From Gaiellaceae bacterium (GTDB lineage Bacteria > Actinomycetota > Thermoleophilia > Gaiellales > Gaiellaceae): DNA of 56,004 bases. The DNA lies in contig DATLYU010000016.1 of NCBI GenBank assembly GCA_035574435.1, positions 1 through 56,004 of the forward strand. The letters are read 5' to 3'. Shown here piece after piece: positions 45,192-53,169 of this stretch; positions within the stretch are counted from its first letter, which is position 1; each line of letters begins with the position of its first letter. Under the pieces are notes generated by a model. It was not told where the DNA came from, searched no databases, and saw nothing but the letters and a program-made list of their open reading frames with translations. Position numbers and translations under genes: made by a program.

Positions 45192-47186
45192 ATGTCGGAG
45201 CTCGGTCGCGCCGCACTCGCCGTCACGCTCGGGCTGTCCGTGTACGCCCTCGTGGCCGGCGCTGCGGCCGCGCGCCTCGGGCGCCGGCGGCTTGCGCTCT
45301 CGGCCCGGAACGCCCTCGTCGCCGCGTTCGGCACCACGGCGGTCGCCTCCGCGGTGCTGCTGGCGGCCCTCCTCCGCAACGACTTCTCGTTCCGCTACGT
45401 GGCGGACACGACGAGCCGCGACCTGCCGACCGCGTACACGATCTCGGCCTTCTGGGGCGGGCAGGAGGGGTCGCTCCTGCTCTGGCTCCTCGTCCTGACC
45501 GGGTTCGCCGCGGTTGCGGTCAGCCTGAACCTCCGCTGGGCGCGCGACCTCGTCGTGTGGACGGTGCCGGTCTTCGGCGCGGTGGCAACCTTCTTCGCCT
45601 TCCTGCTCGTCGCCGTGGCCAGCCCGTTCGCGACCCAGGCGGCGCCGCCGGACGGGGCGGGCATGACGCCGAGCCTGCAGAACCCGTACATGCTCGCCCA
45701 CCCACCGCTCCTCTACCTCGGCTACGTCGGCCTGACCGTGCCGTTCGCGTTCGCGCTCGCCGCGCTCCTCTCCGGGCGCACGGACGAGCGCTGGCTCGTC
45801 GCGACCCGCCGCTTCACGCTCGTCGCGTGGACGGCGCTCGGGATCGGGCAGCTGCTCGGCGCGCACTGGGCGTACGTCGAGGTGGGGTGGGGCGGCTACT
45901 ACGCCTGGGACCCGGTCGAGAACGCGGCGCTCATGCCCTGGCTCGCGGCGACCGCGTTCCTGCACTCGGTGCTGATCCAGGAGAAGCGCGGGATGCTGCG
46001 CATCTGGAACGTCCTGCTCGTGATCGCGGCGTTCGCGCTCTCGCTCTTCGGGACCTTCCTCACCCGCTCGGGCGTCGTGAACTCCATCCACTCCTTCACG
46101 CAGAGCTCCATCGGGCCGTGGTTCCTCGCCTTCATCGCCGTGACCGTGGCCGTCTCCGCGGCCATCGTCTGGCGGCGGCTGCCGCTCCTGCGCTCGCCCA
46201 CGCGGCTCGAGTCGCCGCTCTCGCGGGAGGCCGCGTTCCTCTACAACAACCTGCTCCTGCTCGCGCTCTGCCTCACCATCCTGTGGGGCGTCGTCTACCC
46301 GCTGCTCTCGGAAGCGGTGAGAGGCGAGGCGGTCGTGCTCGGGCGTTCCTACTTCGACTTCTTCCTGCGCGCCTTCGGCCTGCCGCTCCTTTTGCTGATG
46401 GGGATCGGGCCGCTCGTCGCCTGGCGGCGGGCCTCGCTGCGCAGCCTCGCCACCACCTTCCGCTGGCCCACGGCGACGGCGCTCGTCGCCGGCCTCGTCC
46501 TGCTCCTCTTCGGCGCCGGCAGCTCCGTGCCGGGCCTGATCGCGTACACGTTCTGCGCCTTCGTGGTCGCCACCATCGTGCTCGAGTTCGCGCGCGGGAC
46601 GGCCGCCCGCAAGGCGCTCGGGGCAGGCTCCTGGCCGGGCGCGTTCGCCTCGCTGATCGCCCGCAACCGGAGGCGCTACGGCGGCTACGTCGTGCACGCG
46701 GCGGTCGTGCTGCTCGCCGTCGGCGTGACCGGATCGAGCGCGTTCGACAGCGTCGCCGAGGCCCGGCTGCGGCCGGGGGAGACGATGCGGATCGCCGACT
46801 ACACGCTCCGCTACGAGTCGCGCAGCGAGCGGCAGGCGGAGAACGCCACGGAGCTGCGCGCGCTCCTCTCCGTGCGACGCGGCGACCGCGACCTGGGCAC
46901 GCTCGAGGCCGGCAAGAACGCGTACACGGTCGAGCAGCAGGTCTCGAACGAGGTCGGGATCCGCAGCGACCGGCTCACCGGGGAGGACCTGTTCGTCATC
47001 GCCGAGCAGATGGACCCCGACGGCACCGTCTACTTCCGCGTGTTCGTGAAGCCGCTCGTCAACCTCATCTGGGTCGCCGGCCTCGTGTTCCTCGCCGGGT
47101 CCGCGATCGCTCTCTGGCCGGACGCGCGCGAGCAGCGCCGGCTCGTGGAGCGCGCGCGCCAGATCGGCGTCCCGGCGACGCGGTGA
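45192..47186 (+). CDS. ccmF: haem lyase CcmF/NrfE family
   Basis: 664 aa, polytopic. WWD-type motif WGGYYAWDPVEN. Conserved His-containing loops. Confidence 0.9.
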   Translation: MSELGRAALAVTLGLSVYALVAGAAAARLGRRRLALSARNALVAAFGTTAVASAVLLAALLRNDFSFRYVADTTSRDLPTAYTISAFWGGQEGSLLLWLLVLTGFAAVAVSLNLRWARDLVVWTVPVFGAVATFFAFLLVAVASPFATQAAPPDGAGMTPSLQNPYMLAHPPLLYLGYVGLTVPFAFALAALLSGRTDERWLVATRRFTLVAWTALGIGQLLGAHWAYVEVGWGGYYAWDPVENAALMPWLAATAFLHSVLIQEKRGMLRIWNVLLVIAAFALSLFGTFLTRSGVVNSIHSFTQSSIGPWFLAFIAVTVAVSAAIVWRRLPLLRSPTRLESPLSREAAFLYNNLLLLALCLTILWGVVYPLLSEAVRGEAVVLGRSYFDFFLRAFGLPLLLLMGIGPLVAWRRASLRSLATTFRWPTATALVAGLVLLLFGAGSSVPGLIAYTFCAFVVATIVLEFARGTAARKALGAGSWPGAFASLIARNRRRYGGYVVHAAVVLLAVGVTGSSAFDSVAEARLRPGETMRIADYTLRYESRSERQAENATELRALLSVRRGDRDLGTLEAGKNAYTVEQQVSNEVGIRSDRLTGEDLFVIAEQMDPDGTVYFRVFVKPLVNLIWVAGLVFLAGSAIALWPDAREQRRLVERARQIGVPATR

Positions 47187-47581
47187 CTCTCGCCCTCGTG
47201 CTGGCCGCGGCCCTCGCGGTCGCCTGCGTGCTCGCCGTCGCGCTCCCCTTCCTGCGCGAGCCCGAGCCGGAGTCGGATACCCTCGCCCCGCTCGACGAGG
47301 CAGACCGGCGCCGGCTCGAGCTGCTTGAGGCGCGCGATCGGGCGCTCGCGGCGCTCAAGGAGCTCGAGTTCGACCACCGGACGGGCACGATCGGCGACGA
47401 GGACTACCGGGCGCTCGTCGGCTCCCTCCGCCGGGATGCCGCCGCCGCGCTGCGCGCGCTCGAGGACGGGGCGGGGCAGGACGAGCCGGCAGGCGGCCGC
47501 CGGGGCGAGACCGCGTCCGGGCGGGCGGTGGAGACGGCAGCGCGCGGGGAGGGACGTCCGCCCCGCGCGCGAACCTCCTGA
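47183..47581 (+). CDS. membrane-anchored CcmI-N/CcmH-like accessory protein (tentative)
   Basis: GTGA overlap with ccmF. One TM helix, then LELLEARDRALAALKELEFDHRTGTIGDEDYRAL, which resembles the N-terminal module of CcmI. Confidence 0.45.
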   Translation: MTLALVLAAALAVACVLAVALPFLREPEPESDTLAPLDEADRRRLELLEARDRALAALKELEFDHRTGTIGDEDYRALVGSLRRDAAAALRALEDGAGQDEPAGGRRGETASGRAVETAARGEGRPPRARTS

Positions 47582-47582
47582 C

Positions 47583-48764
47583 ATGGGCCGGAAGCTCGCC
47601 TTCCTGCTCGGTCTCGCGCTCGCGCTGGCGTTCGCCACGCCTGCGGCGGGCGACGACATCGAGGACCGCAAGGCGGCCGTGGACGCCCGCATCGCGCAGC
47701 TCCAGTCCGAGATCCAGGCCGCGCAGGAGCGCGAGGGCGTCCTCACCTCCCAGCTCTCCGCGATCCTCGCGGAGCTCCGCGCCGCGCAGGCGGCGGTGGC
47801 CGAGGCGCAGGGCAGCCTCGACGTCCTCGAGACGGAGCTCGCCTCCGAGCAGGCGCAGCTGCGGGAACTGAGCGAGACGCTGGCCGAGCAGACGCGCCGG
47901 CTGCGCCGGCTGCAGGCGGAGCACCGGCGCGCCGTCGCCGTGCTCGAGGCCCGGGTCCGCGCGATCTACATCGAGGAGCCGCCGGACGTGCTCGCGTTCC
48001 TCGTCTCGGCGGAGAGCTTCGACGACGTGATCACGAGCTACGAGCACCTGCGGCGCATCGGGCGCCAGGACCGCCGCATCGCGCGCCAGGTCGGCGCCGC
48101 GAAGGCGCGCCTGGCCGGAGAGCGGCGCGCAACCGCGCGGACGCGCAGGCTCGTGGCGGCCTCCGTGGCGGTGATCGCGGCGCGCACGGACGAGGCGCGC
48201 GCGGTGCGCGATCGTCTGGCCGCGAGCCGCAACACCCTGGCCGACGCGCGTCAGCTCAAGGCCAGCGCGCTCGCGAGCGTCCGCGAGACCCGCGAGGAGT
48301 ACCTGCACGAAGTCGACGCCCTCGCGGCGCAGAGCGCCGCCCTGGCGGCTCGCATCCGCGAGGCGGGAAGCAGCTCGACCGGGACCGGCACGCCATCCGC
48401 CGCCGGCTTCGTCTGGCCGGTGAACGGCCCCGTGGTCAGCGGCTACGGGATGCGCTGGGGCCGGCTGCACGAGGGCATCGACATCGCGGCCGCCTCGGGC
48501 ACGCCGATCCGGGCGGCTGCGGCAGGGACCGTGATCCACGCCGGGTGGCTCGGCGGGTACGGGAACCTCGTCGTGGTCGACCACGGCAACGGCCTCTCCA
48601 CGGCGTACGCGCACGCCTCCGCGATCCTCGTCGGCGTCGGGCAGTCCGTCGCGCAGGGCGAGACGATCGCGCTCGTCGGCTCGACCGGGAACTCCTCTGG
48701 CCCGCACCTCCACTTCGAGGTGCGCGTGAACGGCACCGCCGTCGATCCCCTCGGCTACCTCTAG
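47583..48764 (+). CDS. M23 family metallopeptidase with N-terminal coiled coil (EnvC-like)
   Basis: Signal peptide, about 250 aa of coiled coil, then HEGIDI…GNLVVVDHG…GPHLHFEV. Confidence 0.88.
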   Translation: MGRKLAFLLGLALALAFATPAAGDDIEDRKAAVDARIAQLQSEIQAAQEREGVLTSQLSAILAELRAAQAAVAEAQGSLDVLETELASEQAQLRELSETLAEQTRRLRRLQAEHRRAVAVLEARVRAIYIEEPPDVLAFLVSAESFDDVITSYEHLRRIGRQDRRIARQVGAAKARLAGERRATARTRRLVAASVAVIAARTDEARAVRDRLAASRNTLADARQLKASALASVRETREEYLHEVDALAAQSAALAARIREAGSSSTGTGTPSAAGFVWPVNGPVVSGYGMRWGRLHEGIDIAAASGTPIRAAAAGTVIHAGWLGGYGNLVVVDHGNGLSTAYAHASAILVGVGQSVAQGETIALVGSTGNSSGPHLHFEVRVNGTAVDPLGYL

Positions 48765-48773
48765 ACGCGGCCG

Positions 48774-49352
48774 CTATGCGGCTTCGGACGCCGCCTGCGG
48801 CAGCTCGGTCCCGGCCACGACGTGCAGGTCGGGCAGCGCCCGCCAGCGCTCGTCCAGCCCCAGCCCGTAGCCGGCGAAGAGCTCGTCCGGCACCGTGAAG
48901 CCCACGTAGCGGAGCGGGAGGTCGTCCACGAGGCGCCGGTACGGTCGATCGAGGAGCGTGACCGCGCTCAGGCTCGCCGGCCGGCGGAGCGCGAGCGTCT
49001 TGACCAGGAAGTGGAGCGTGAGCCCCGTGTCCACCACGTCCTCGACGACGAGCACGTGGCGTCCCTCGAGGGCGACGTCCACGTCCTTGAGCAGGCGCAC
49101 GCCGCCGTCCCGCCCGTCGGCGTACGGGGCGAGCTCGACGACGTCCAGGGTGTGCGGGATGGGGAGCGCCCGCGTGAGGTCGACGAGGAACACGACGCTC
49201 GACTTGAGGGGAGCGACGAGCAGCGGGTCGAGCCCGCGGTAGTCACGCGCGATCTCGGTCGCGAGCTCGGCGACGCGCTCCTGGATCTGCCCTCGGGTCA
49301 GGTACACGGCGCCGACGCTGCCGTGCTCGGAGGCGAGGTCCCGGGCCCGCAC
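48774..49352 (-). CDS. hpt: hypoxanthine phosphoribosyltransferase
   Basis: …LTRGQIQERVAELA…PLKSSVVFLVDL…, PRPP loop HVLVVEDVVDTGLTL, …DELFAGYGLGLDE. GTG start at 49352, 2 nt after the upstream stop. Confidence 0.88.
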   Translation of the reverse strand: MRARDLASEHGSVGAVYLTRGQIQERVAELATEIARDYRGLDPLLVAPLKSSVVFLVDLTRALPIPHTLDVVELAPYADGRDGGVRLLKDVDVALEGRHVLVVEDVVDTGLTLHFLVKTLALRRPASLSAVTLLDRPYRRLVDDLPLRYVGFTVPDELFAGYGLGLDERWRALPDLHVVAGTELPQAASEAA

Positions 49353-49354
49353 GG

Positions 49355-49723
49355 CTACGAGGCGAGCCTCAGGCGATAGCGCTGCGCGAGCCGCTCGATG
49401 TCCCGTCGGTAGAAGAGCTTGACGCGGACGTTCGGATACAGGCGCTGCAGCTCGCGGAGCTTGCGGTTCTTGCGCGTGACGAGCGACTGCTTCATCACCG
49501 TCACCTCGATGAAGAGATCCTGCTCCGGCAGGTAGAAGTCGGGCGTGAACGCGCTCACGACGCGCCCTTCCTCGTCGCGCTCGAGCACGAAGGAGCGCGG
49601 CTCGTAGTCCCAGGGGACGCCGTAGTAGTCCAGGATCTTCGCACACTCGAGCTCCGAGCGATTCGCGAAGCGAGGCGGCTGGGAGCCACGATATGCCTGG
49701 AAAACGGGACTTTCCTCCCGCAC
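49355..49723 (-). CDS. small hypothetical protein, possibly nuclease-fold (weak PD…E motif)
   Basis: 122 aa. …ECAKILDYYGVPWDYEPRSFVL…AFTPDFYLPEQDLFIEVTVMKQ…. TACCCT sits 7 nt before GTG 49723. Confidence 0.5.
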   Translation of the reverse strand: MREESPVFQAYRGSQPPRFANRSELECAKILDYYGVPWDYEPRSFVLERDEEGRVVSAFTPDFYLPEQDLFIEVTVMKQSLVTRKNRKLRELQRLYPNVRVKLFYRRDIERLAQRYRLRLAS

Positions 49724-49730
49724 CTGCGCC

Positions 49731-49736
49731 AGGGTA
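49731..49736 (-). promoter_or_regulatory. -10-like TACCCT (minus strand), 7 nt before GTG 49723
   Basis: The reverse complement reads TACCCT-ggcgcag-GTG. Confidence 0.35.
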
Positions 49737-49765
49737 GCAACGGTCTCGGACGGCGCTCGACCTCG

Positions 49766-49771
49766 TAGACT
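49766..49771 (+). promoter_or_regulatory. -10-like TAGACT, 6 nt before the phosphoesterase GTG
   Basis: TAGACT-gtcccc-GTG(49778). Confidence 0.4.
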
Positions 49772-49777
49772 GTCCCC

Positions 49778-50584
49778 GTGGCGAGCGACGGCCCCTTCCG
49801 CATCGCGCACATCTCCGACCTGCACTGCGGCGGGCCGTACTTCGAGGCCAGCCTGCTCGAGCGGGCGATCAGCGAGGTCAACGAGTTGCGGCCCGACGTC
49901 GTCGTGTGCACGGGCGACCTGACCACCTTCGGCTTCCGGCACGAGTACCTGACCGCGCGTCAGTACCTGGATCGGATCGAGTGCGAGTCGCTCGTCGTCG
50001 TGCCGGGAAACCACGACTCGCGCAACGTCGGCTACGTCCACTTCGAGGAGCTCTTCGGCGACCGCAACTCGGTCCTGCGCAAGGACGGCGTCGTCATCGT
50101 GGCGGTGGACTCGAGCGAGCCCGACCTCGACCACGGCCAGATCGGGCGCGGCCGCTACCGCTGGATCGAGGAGCAGTTCGCGACGGAGCCGGGCGAGCTC
50201 CTCCGCGTCTTCGTGCTCCACCATCACCTGCTGCCGGTCCCAGGGACGGGGCGGGAGCGCAACGTCGTCTACGACGCGGGCGACGCGATCGAGTGCCTGC
50301 AGCGGGCCGGGGTGCGCCTCGTGCTCTCGGGGCACAAGCACGTGCCGTACGTGTGGCGGCTCGAGGACCTCTTCGTCGTCAACGCCGGCACCGTCTCCTC
50401 CCTGCGCCTGCGCGGGAACACGAGGCCCTGTTACAACCTGGTCGAGATCGGCGGCGGGCGGGTGGAGATCTGGCGCCGGCACCCGTTCCACGGCCAGCTC
50501 AAGCTCGTCTCCTTCTCGCTCGACACGCTCGAGTACGCCAAGTTCACGGGCGCCATCGAGGACGAGGTCACGTCCCGGACGTGA
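49778..50584 (+). CDS. calcineurin-like metallophosphoesterase
   Basis: All the signature motifs are present: HISDLH, TGDLT, PGNHD, VLHHHL, SGHKH. Confidence 0.88.
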   Translation: MASDGPFRIAHISDLHCGGPYFEASLLERAISEVNELRPDVVVCTGDLTTFGFRHEYLTARQYLDRIECESLVVVPGNHDSRNVGYVHFEELFGDRNSVLRKDGVVIVAVDSSEPDLDHGQIGRGRYRWIEEQFATEPGELLRVFVLHHHLLPVPGTGRERNVVYDAGDAIECLQRAGVRLVLSGHKHVPYVWRLEDLFVVNAGTVSSLRLRGNTRPCYNLVEIGGGRVEIWRRHPFHGQLKLVSFSLDTLEYAKFTGAIEDEVTSRT

Positions 50585-51846
50585 GCCGCCCGCGCGCGCT
50601 CGCGCTCGTGGACGGGGAGCACTACCCGCCCGTCGTGCGCGACGCGCTCGCGGGCGTGCCCTACGAGGTCGTCGCGGCCGTGCTCGTCGGCGGCGGGGAG
50701 AAGCTGCGCGGCGAGCCGGAGTACGGCGTGCCGCTCGAGCGCGACGTGGAGGCGGCGATCGAGCGGTACGCGCCCGAGCTCGTCCTCGACCTCTCGGACG
50801 AGCCCGTGCTCGGGCCGGTGGAGCGGTTCGCGCTCGCGAGCCGCGTCCTCGCCCGCGGCGTCCCCTACGTGGGGGCGGACTTCCGGCTCGACCCGCCCGC
50901 GCTCGAGCCGTTCGCGCTCCCCTCGATCGCCGTGACCGGCACCGGCAAGCGGGTCGGCAAGACGGCCGTGACGGGCCAGCTCGCGCGCCTGGCGGCGCGC
51001 GACCGCAGCGTCGTCGTCGTCGCCATGGGGCGTGGCGGCCCGCCCGAGCCGGAGGTGGTCTCTGCGCGCCCGACCATGGAGACGCTCCTCGCCCTCTCGC
51101 GCGCGGGTCGCCACGCGGCGTCCGACCACCTGGAGACGGCGGCGCTCGTCGGCGTGCCGACCGTCGGCTGCCGGCGCTGCGGCGGTGGCCTGGCGGGAGG
51201 CGTCGCGTTCTCGAACGTGGCCGAGGGCGCGCGCGTCGCGGCCTCGCTCGGCCCCGACCTGGTCGTCTTCGACGGCAGCGGCGCGGCGCTCCCGCCGATC
51301 GCGACCGACCGCCGCGTGGCGGTCGTGGGCGGCCACCAGGACCCGCGGGTGGCGGCCGGGTACCTGAACCCCTACCGCCTGGCGCTGGCCGACCTGGTCG
51401 TCCTCACAATGTGCGAGCCGGGCACGTCGTGGGAGGACGTGCGCGCGGCGCTCCGCGGCGTCGCAGGGGCCGAGGCGCCGGTCGTGGCCACCGTGCTGCG
51501 GCCGCGCCCGTCCGGCGACGTGGCCGGCCGCACCGTGGCCTACTTCAGCACGGCCCCCGCCACGGCCCACCCTCTGCTCGCCCGTCACCTGGAGGAGCGG
51601 CACGGCGCCCGCGTCGTCCATGTCTCGGGCAACCTGGCCCGCCGGGATGCCCTTGCAGAGGAGCTGCGGGGCGTGGACGCGGAGCTCTTCCTGGTGGAGG
51701 TGAAGGCCGCCGCGGTGGACGTCGTCGCCGAGGCGGCGGCCGCCCGCGGGGTGCCGGTGGTGGCCGCTGCGAACGACGTCGTCCCTCTCCCGGGGGAGCA
51801 GGACCTTGACGAGAACCTCCTGCACCTGGCAGGAATGGGATCGTGA
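50581..51846 (+). CDS. cpgS: cyclic 2,3-diphosphoglycerate synthetase-family protein
   Basis: GTGA overlap. N-terminal LVDGEHYPPVVRDAL, P-loop VTGTGKRVGKTAV, about 420 aa. Assigned from my memory of the archaeal cDPGS family, not from a search. Confidence 0.6.
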   Translation: MSRPRALALVDGEHYPPVVRDALAGVPYEVVAAVLVGGGEKLRGEPEYGVPLERDVEAAIERYAPELVLDLSDEPVLGPVERFALASRVLARGVPYVGADFRLDPPALEPFALPSIAVTGTGKRVGKTAVTGQLARLAARDRSVVVVAMGRGGPPEPEVVSARPTMETLLALSRAGRHAASDHLETAALVGVPTVGCRRCGGGLAGGVAFSNVAEGARVAASLGPDLVVFDGSGAALPPIATDRRVAVVGGHQDPRVAAGYLNPYRLALADLVVLTMCEPGTSWEDVRAALRGVAGAEAPVVATVLRPRPSGDVAGRTVAYFSTAPATAHPLLARHLEERHGARVVHVSGNLARRDALAEELRGVDAELFLVEVKAAAVDVVAEAAAARGVPVVAAANDVVPLPGEQDLDENLLHLAGMGS

Positions 51847-52754
51847 GCGAGCGCCGGCACGCGATTCCTCTCCCGCTCGGCGACGACGTGCCCTTCTCCA
51901 AGGGCCTCATGGCCCGTGCGCTCGTCGTCACCGGGCTCGACCCCGAGCGCTCGTACGTGATCGCCCGCCTCGCCGAGCAGGACCTGTCCCGGCGCGGCGT
52001 CCTCTCGCTCGACGTGGTGCGGCTGGGCGAGGTGGCCGCGGAGGTGATCGGCGACGAGGAGGCGGCGAAGACCGTGCGGCGGCTGCGCCAGCTCCACGCC
52101 CTCCAGCGGATCGAGGAGCCGCTCCTGCTGCTCGTCGGCGGGGCCACGGGCACCGGGAAGTCCACGATCGCGACCGAGGTCGCCCACCTGCTGGGGATCA
52201 CGCGCGTCACCTCCACGGACTTCGTCCGCCAGACGATGCGGGCGTTCTTCTCGGAGGAGTTCATGCCGTCCGTGCACTACTCGAGCTTCGAGGCGCGGCT
52301 CGCGCTCACGCGGGCCGAGGAGGAGGAGTCGGGCGACGCCGCGCTGCTCGGCTTCCTCGACCAGACGCGCAACGTGCTCGTCGGCGTCCAGGCGGCGCTC
52401 GAGCGCGCGGCCACCGAACGCTGGTCGATGGTGCTCGAGGGCGTGCACCTCGTGCCCGGCATGGTGGGCGCGCCCTTCCCGGGCGCGTTCGTCGTCCAGT
52501 GCGTGGTCGCGATCGAGGACGAGAGCCTGCATCGCAGCCACTTCTGGGTGCGCGACTACGCCACGGACGGGCTTCGGCCTTTGGACAAGTACCTGGATGC
52601 GCTTCCGGAGATCCGGAAGATCCAGGACTACCTCGTCGAGCGGGCGCGCCGGTACGACGTCCCGGTGATCGTGAACGACTCGCTGGAGCGTGCGATCGGA
52701 GACGTGCTCGACCTCGTGCTGCGCCGCGCCGACCAGCTCGTGGGCGCGGTCTGA
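51843..52754 (+). CDS. 2-phosphoglycerate kinase-family protein
   Basis: GTGA overlap. PFSKGLMARALVVTG, P-loop GGATGTGKSTIA, and LEGVHLVPG. Assigned from memory of the family. Confidence 0.65.
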   Translation: MSERRHAIPLPLGDDVPFSKGLMARALVVTGLDPERSYVIARLAEQDLSRRGVLSLDVVRLGEVAAEVIGDEEAAKTVRRLRQLHALQRIEEPLLLLVGGATGTGKSTIATEVAHLLGITRVTSTDFVRQTMRAFFSEEFMPSVHYSSFEARLALTRAEEEESGDAALLGFLDQTRNVLVGVQAALERAATERWSMVLEGVHLVPGMVGAPFPGAFVVQCVVAIEDESLHRSHFWVRDYATDGLRPLDKYLDALPEIRKIQDYLVERARRYDVPVIVNDSLERAIGDVLDLVLRRADQLVGAV

Positions 52755-52770
52755 GCCGGCCCGCCGCCTC

Positions 52771-52776
52771 TACACT
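52771..52776 (+). promoter_or_regulatory. -10-like TACACT, 6 nt before ATG 52783
   Basis: TACACT-gccgcc-ATG. Confidence 0.4.
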
Positions 52777-52782
52777 GCCGCC

Positions 52783-53082
52783 ATGGTCACGCGCGAGGAC
52801 GTGGTCGAGGCGCTGCACGGCGTCGAGGATCCCGAGCTCGGGATGGACATCGTCGAGCTCGGCCTCATGTACGACGTCGAGGTCGAGGGGCCGAGGGTGA
52901 AGGTGCTCTACAGCCTCACCTCCATGGGCTGCCCCGCCGGCCCGATGATCGCGGACGGGATCTACGACGCGGTGCGCTCCCTGCCCGGGGTCGAGGAGGT
53001 CGAGACCGAGCTCACCTTCGACCCGCCCTGGACGCCCGACCGCATGTCGGACGACGCGAAGTTCATTCTTGGCTTTGGCTAG
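52783..53082 (+). CDS. DUF59/SufT-like metal-sulfur cluster assembly factor
   Basis: …VEDPELGMDIVELGLMYDVEV…LTSMGCPAGPMI…FDPPWTPDRMS. Confidence 0.85.
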   Translation: MVTREDVVEALHGVEDPELGMDIVELGLMYDVEVEGPRVKVLYSLTSMGCPAGPMIADGIYDAVRSLPGVEEVETELTFDPPWTPDRMSDDAKFILGFG

Positions 53083-53100
53083 CGGTTTTTCGCCCCTCTC

Positions 53101-53129
53101 TTGAGGTGCGGGTAAGAAACGGGTACACT
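53101..53129 (+). promoter_or_regulatory. sigma-70/SigA-type promoter TTGAGG-N17-TACACT for the integrase
   Basis: Hexamers at 53101-53106 and 53124-53129 in a locally AT-richer stretch. SD GAAGGAGG precedes ATG 53170. Confidence 0.55.
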
Positions 53130-53169
53130 CGGGAGGCTTCCGATCGCCCCTCGTCGAAGGAGGTTCCCG

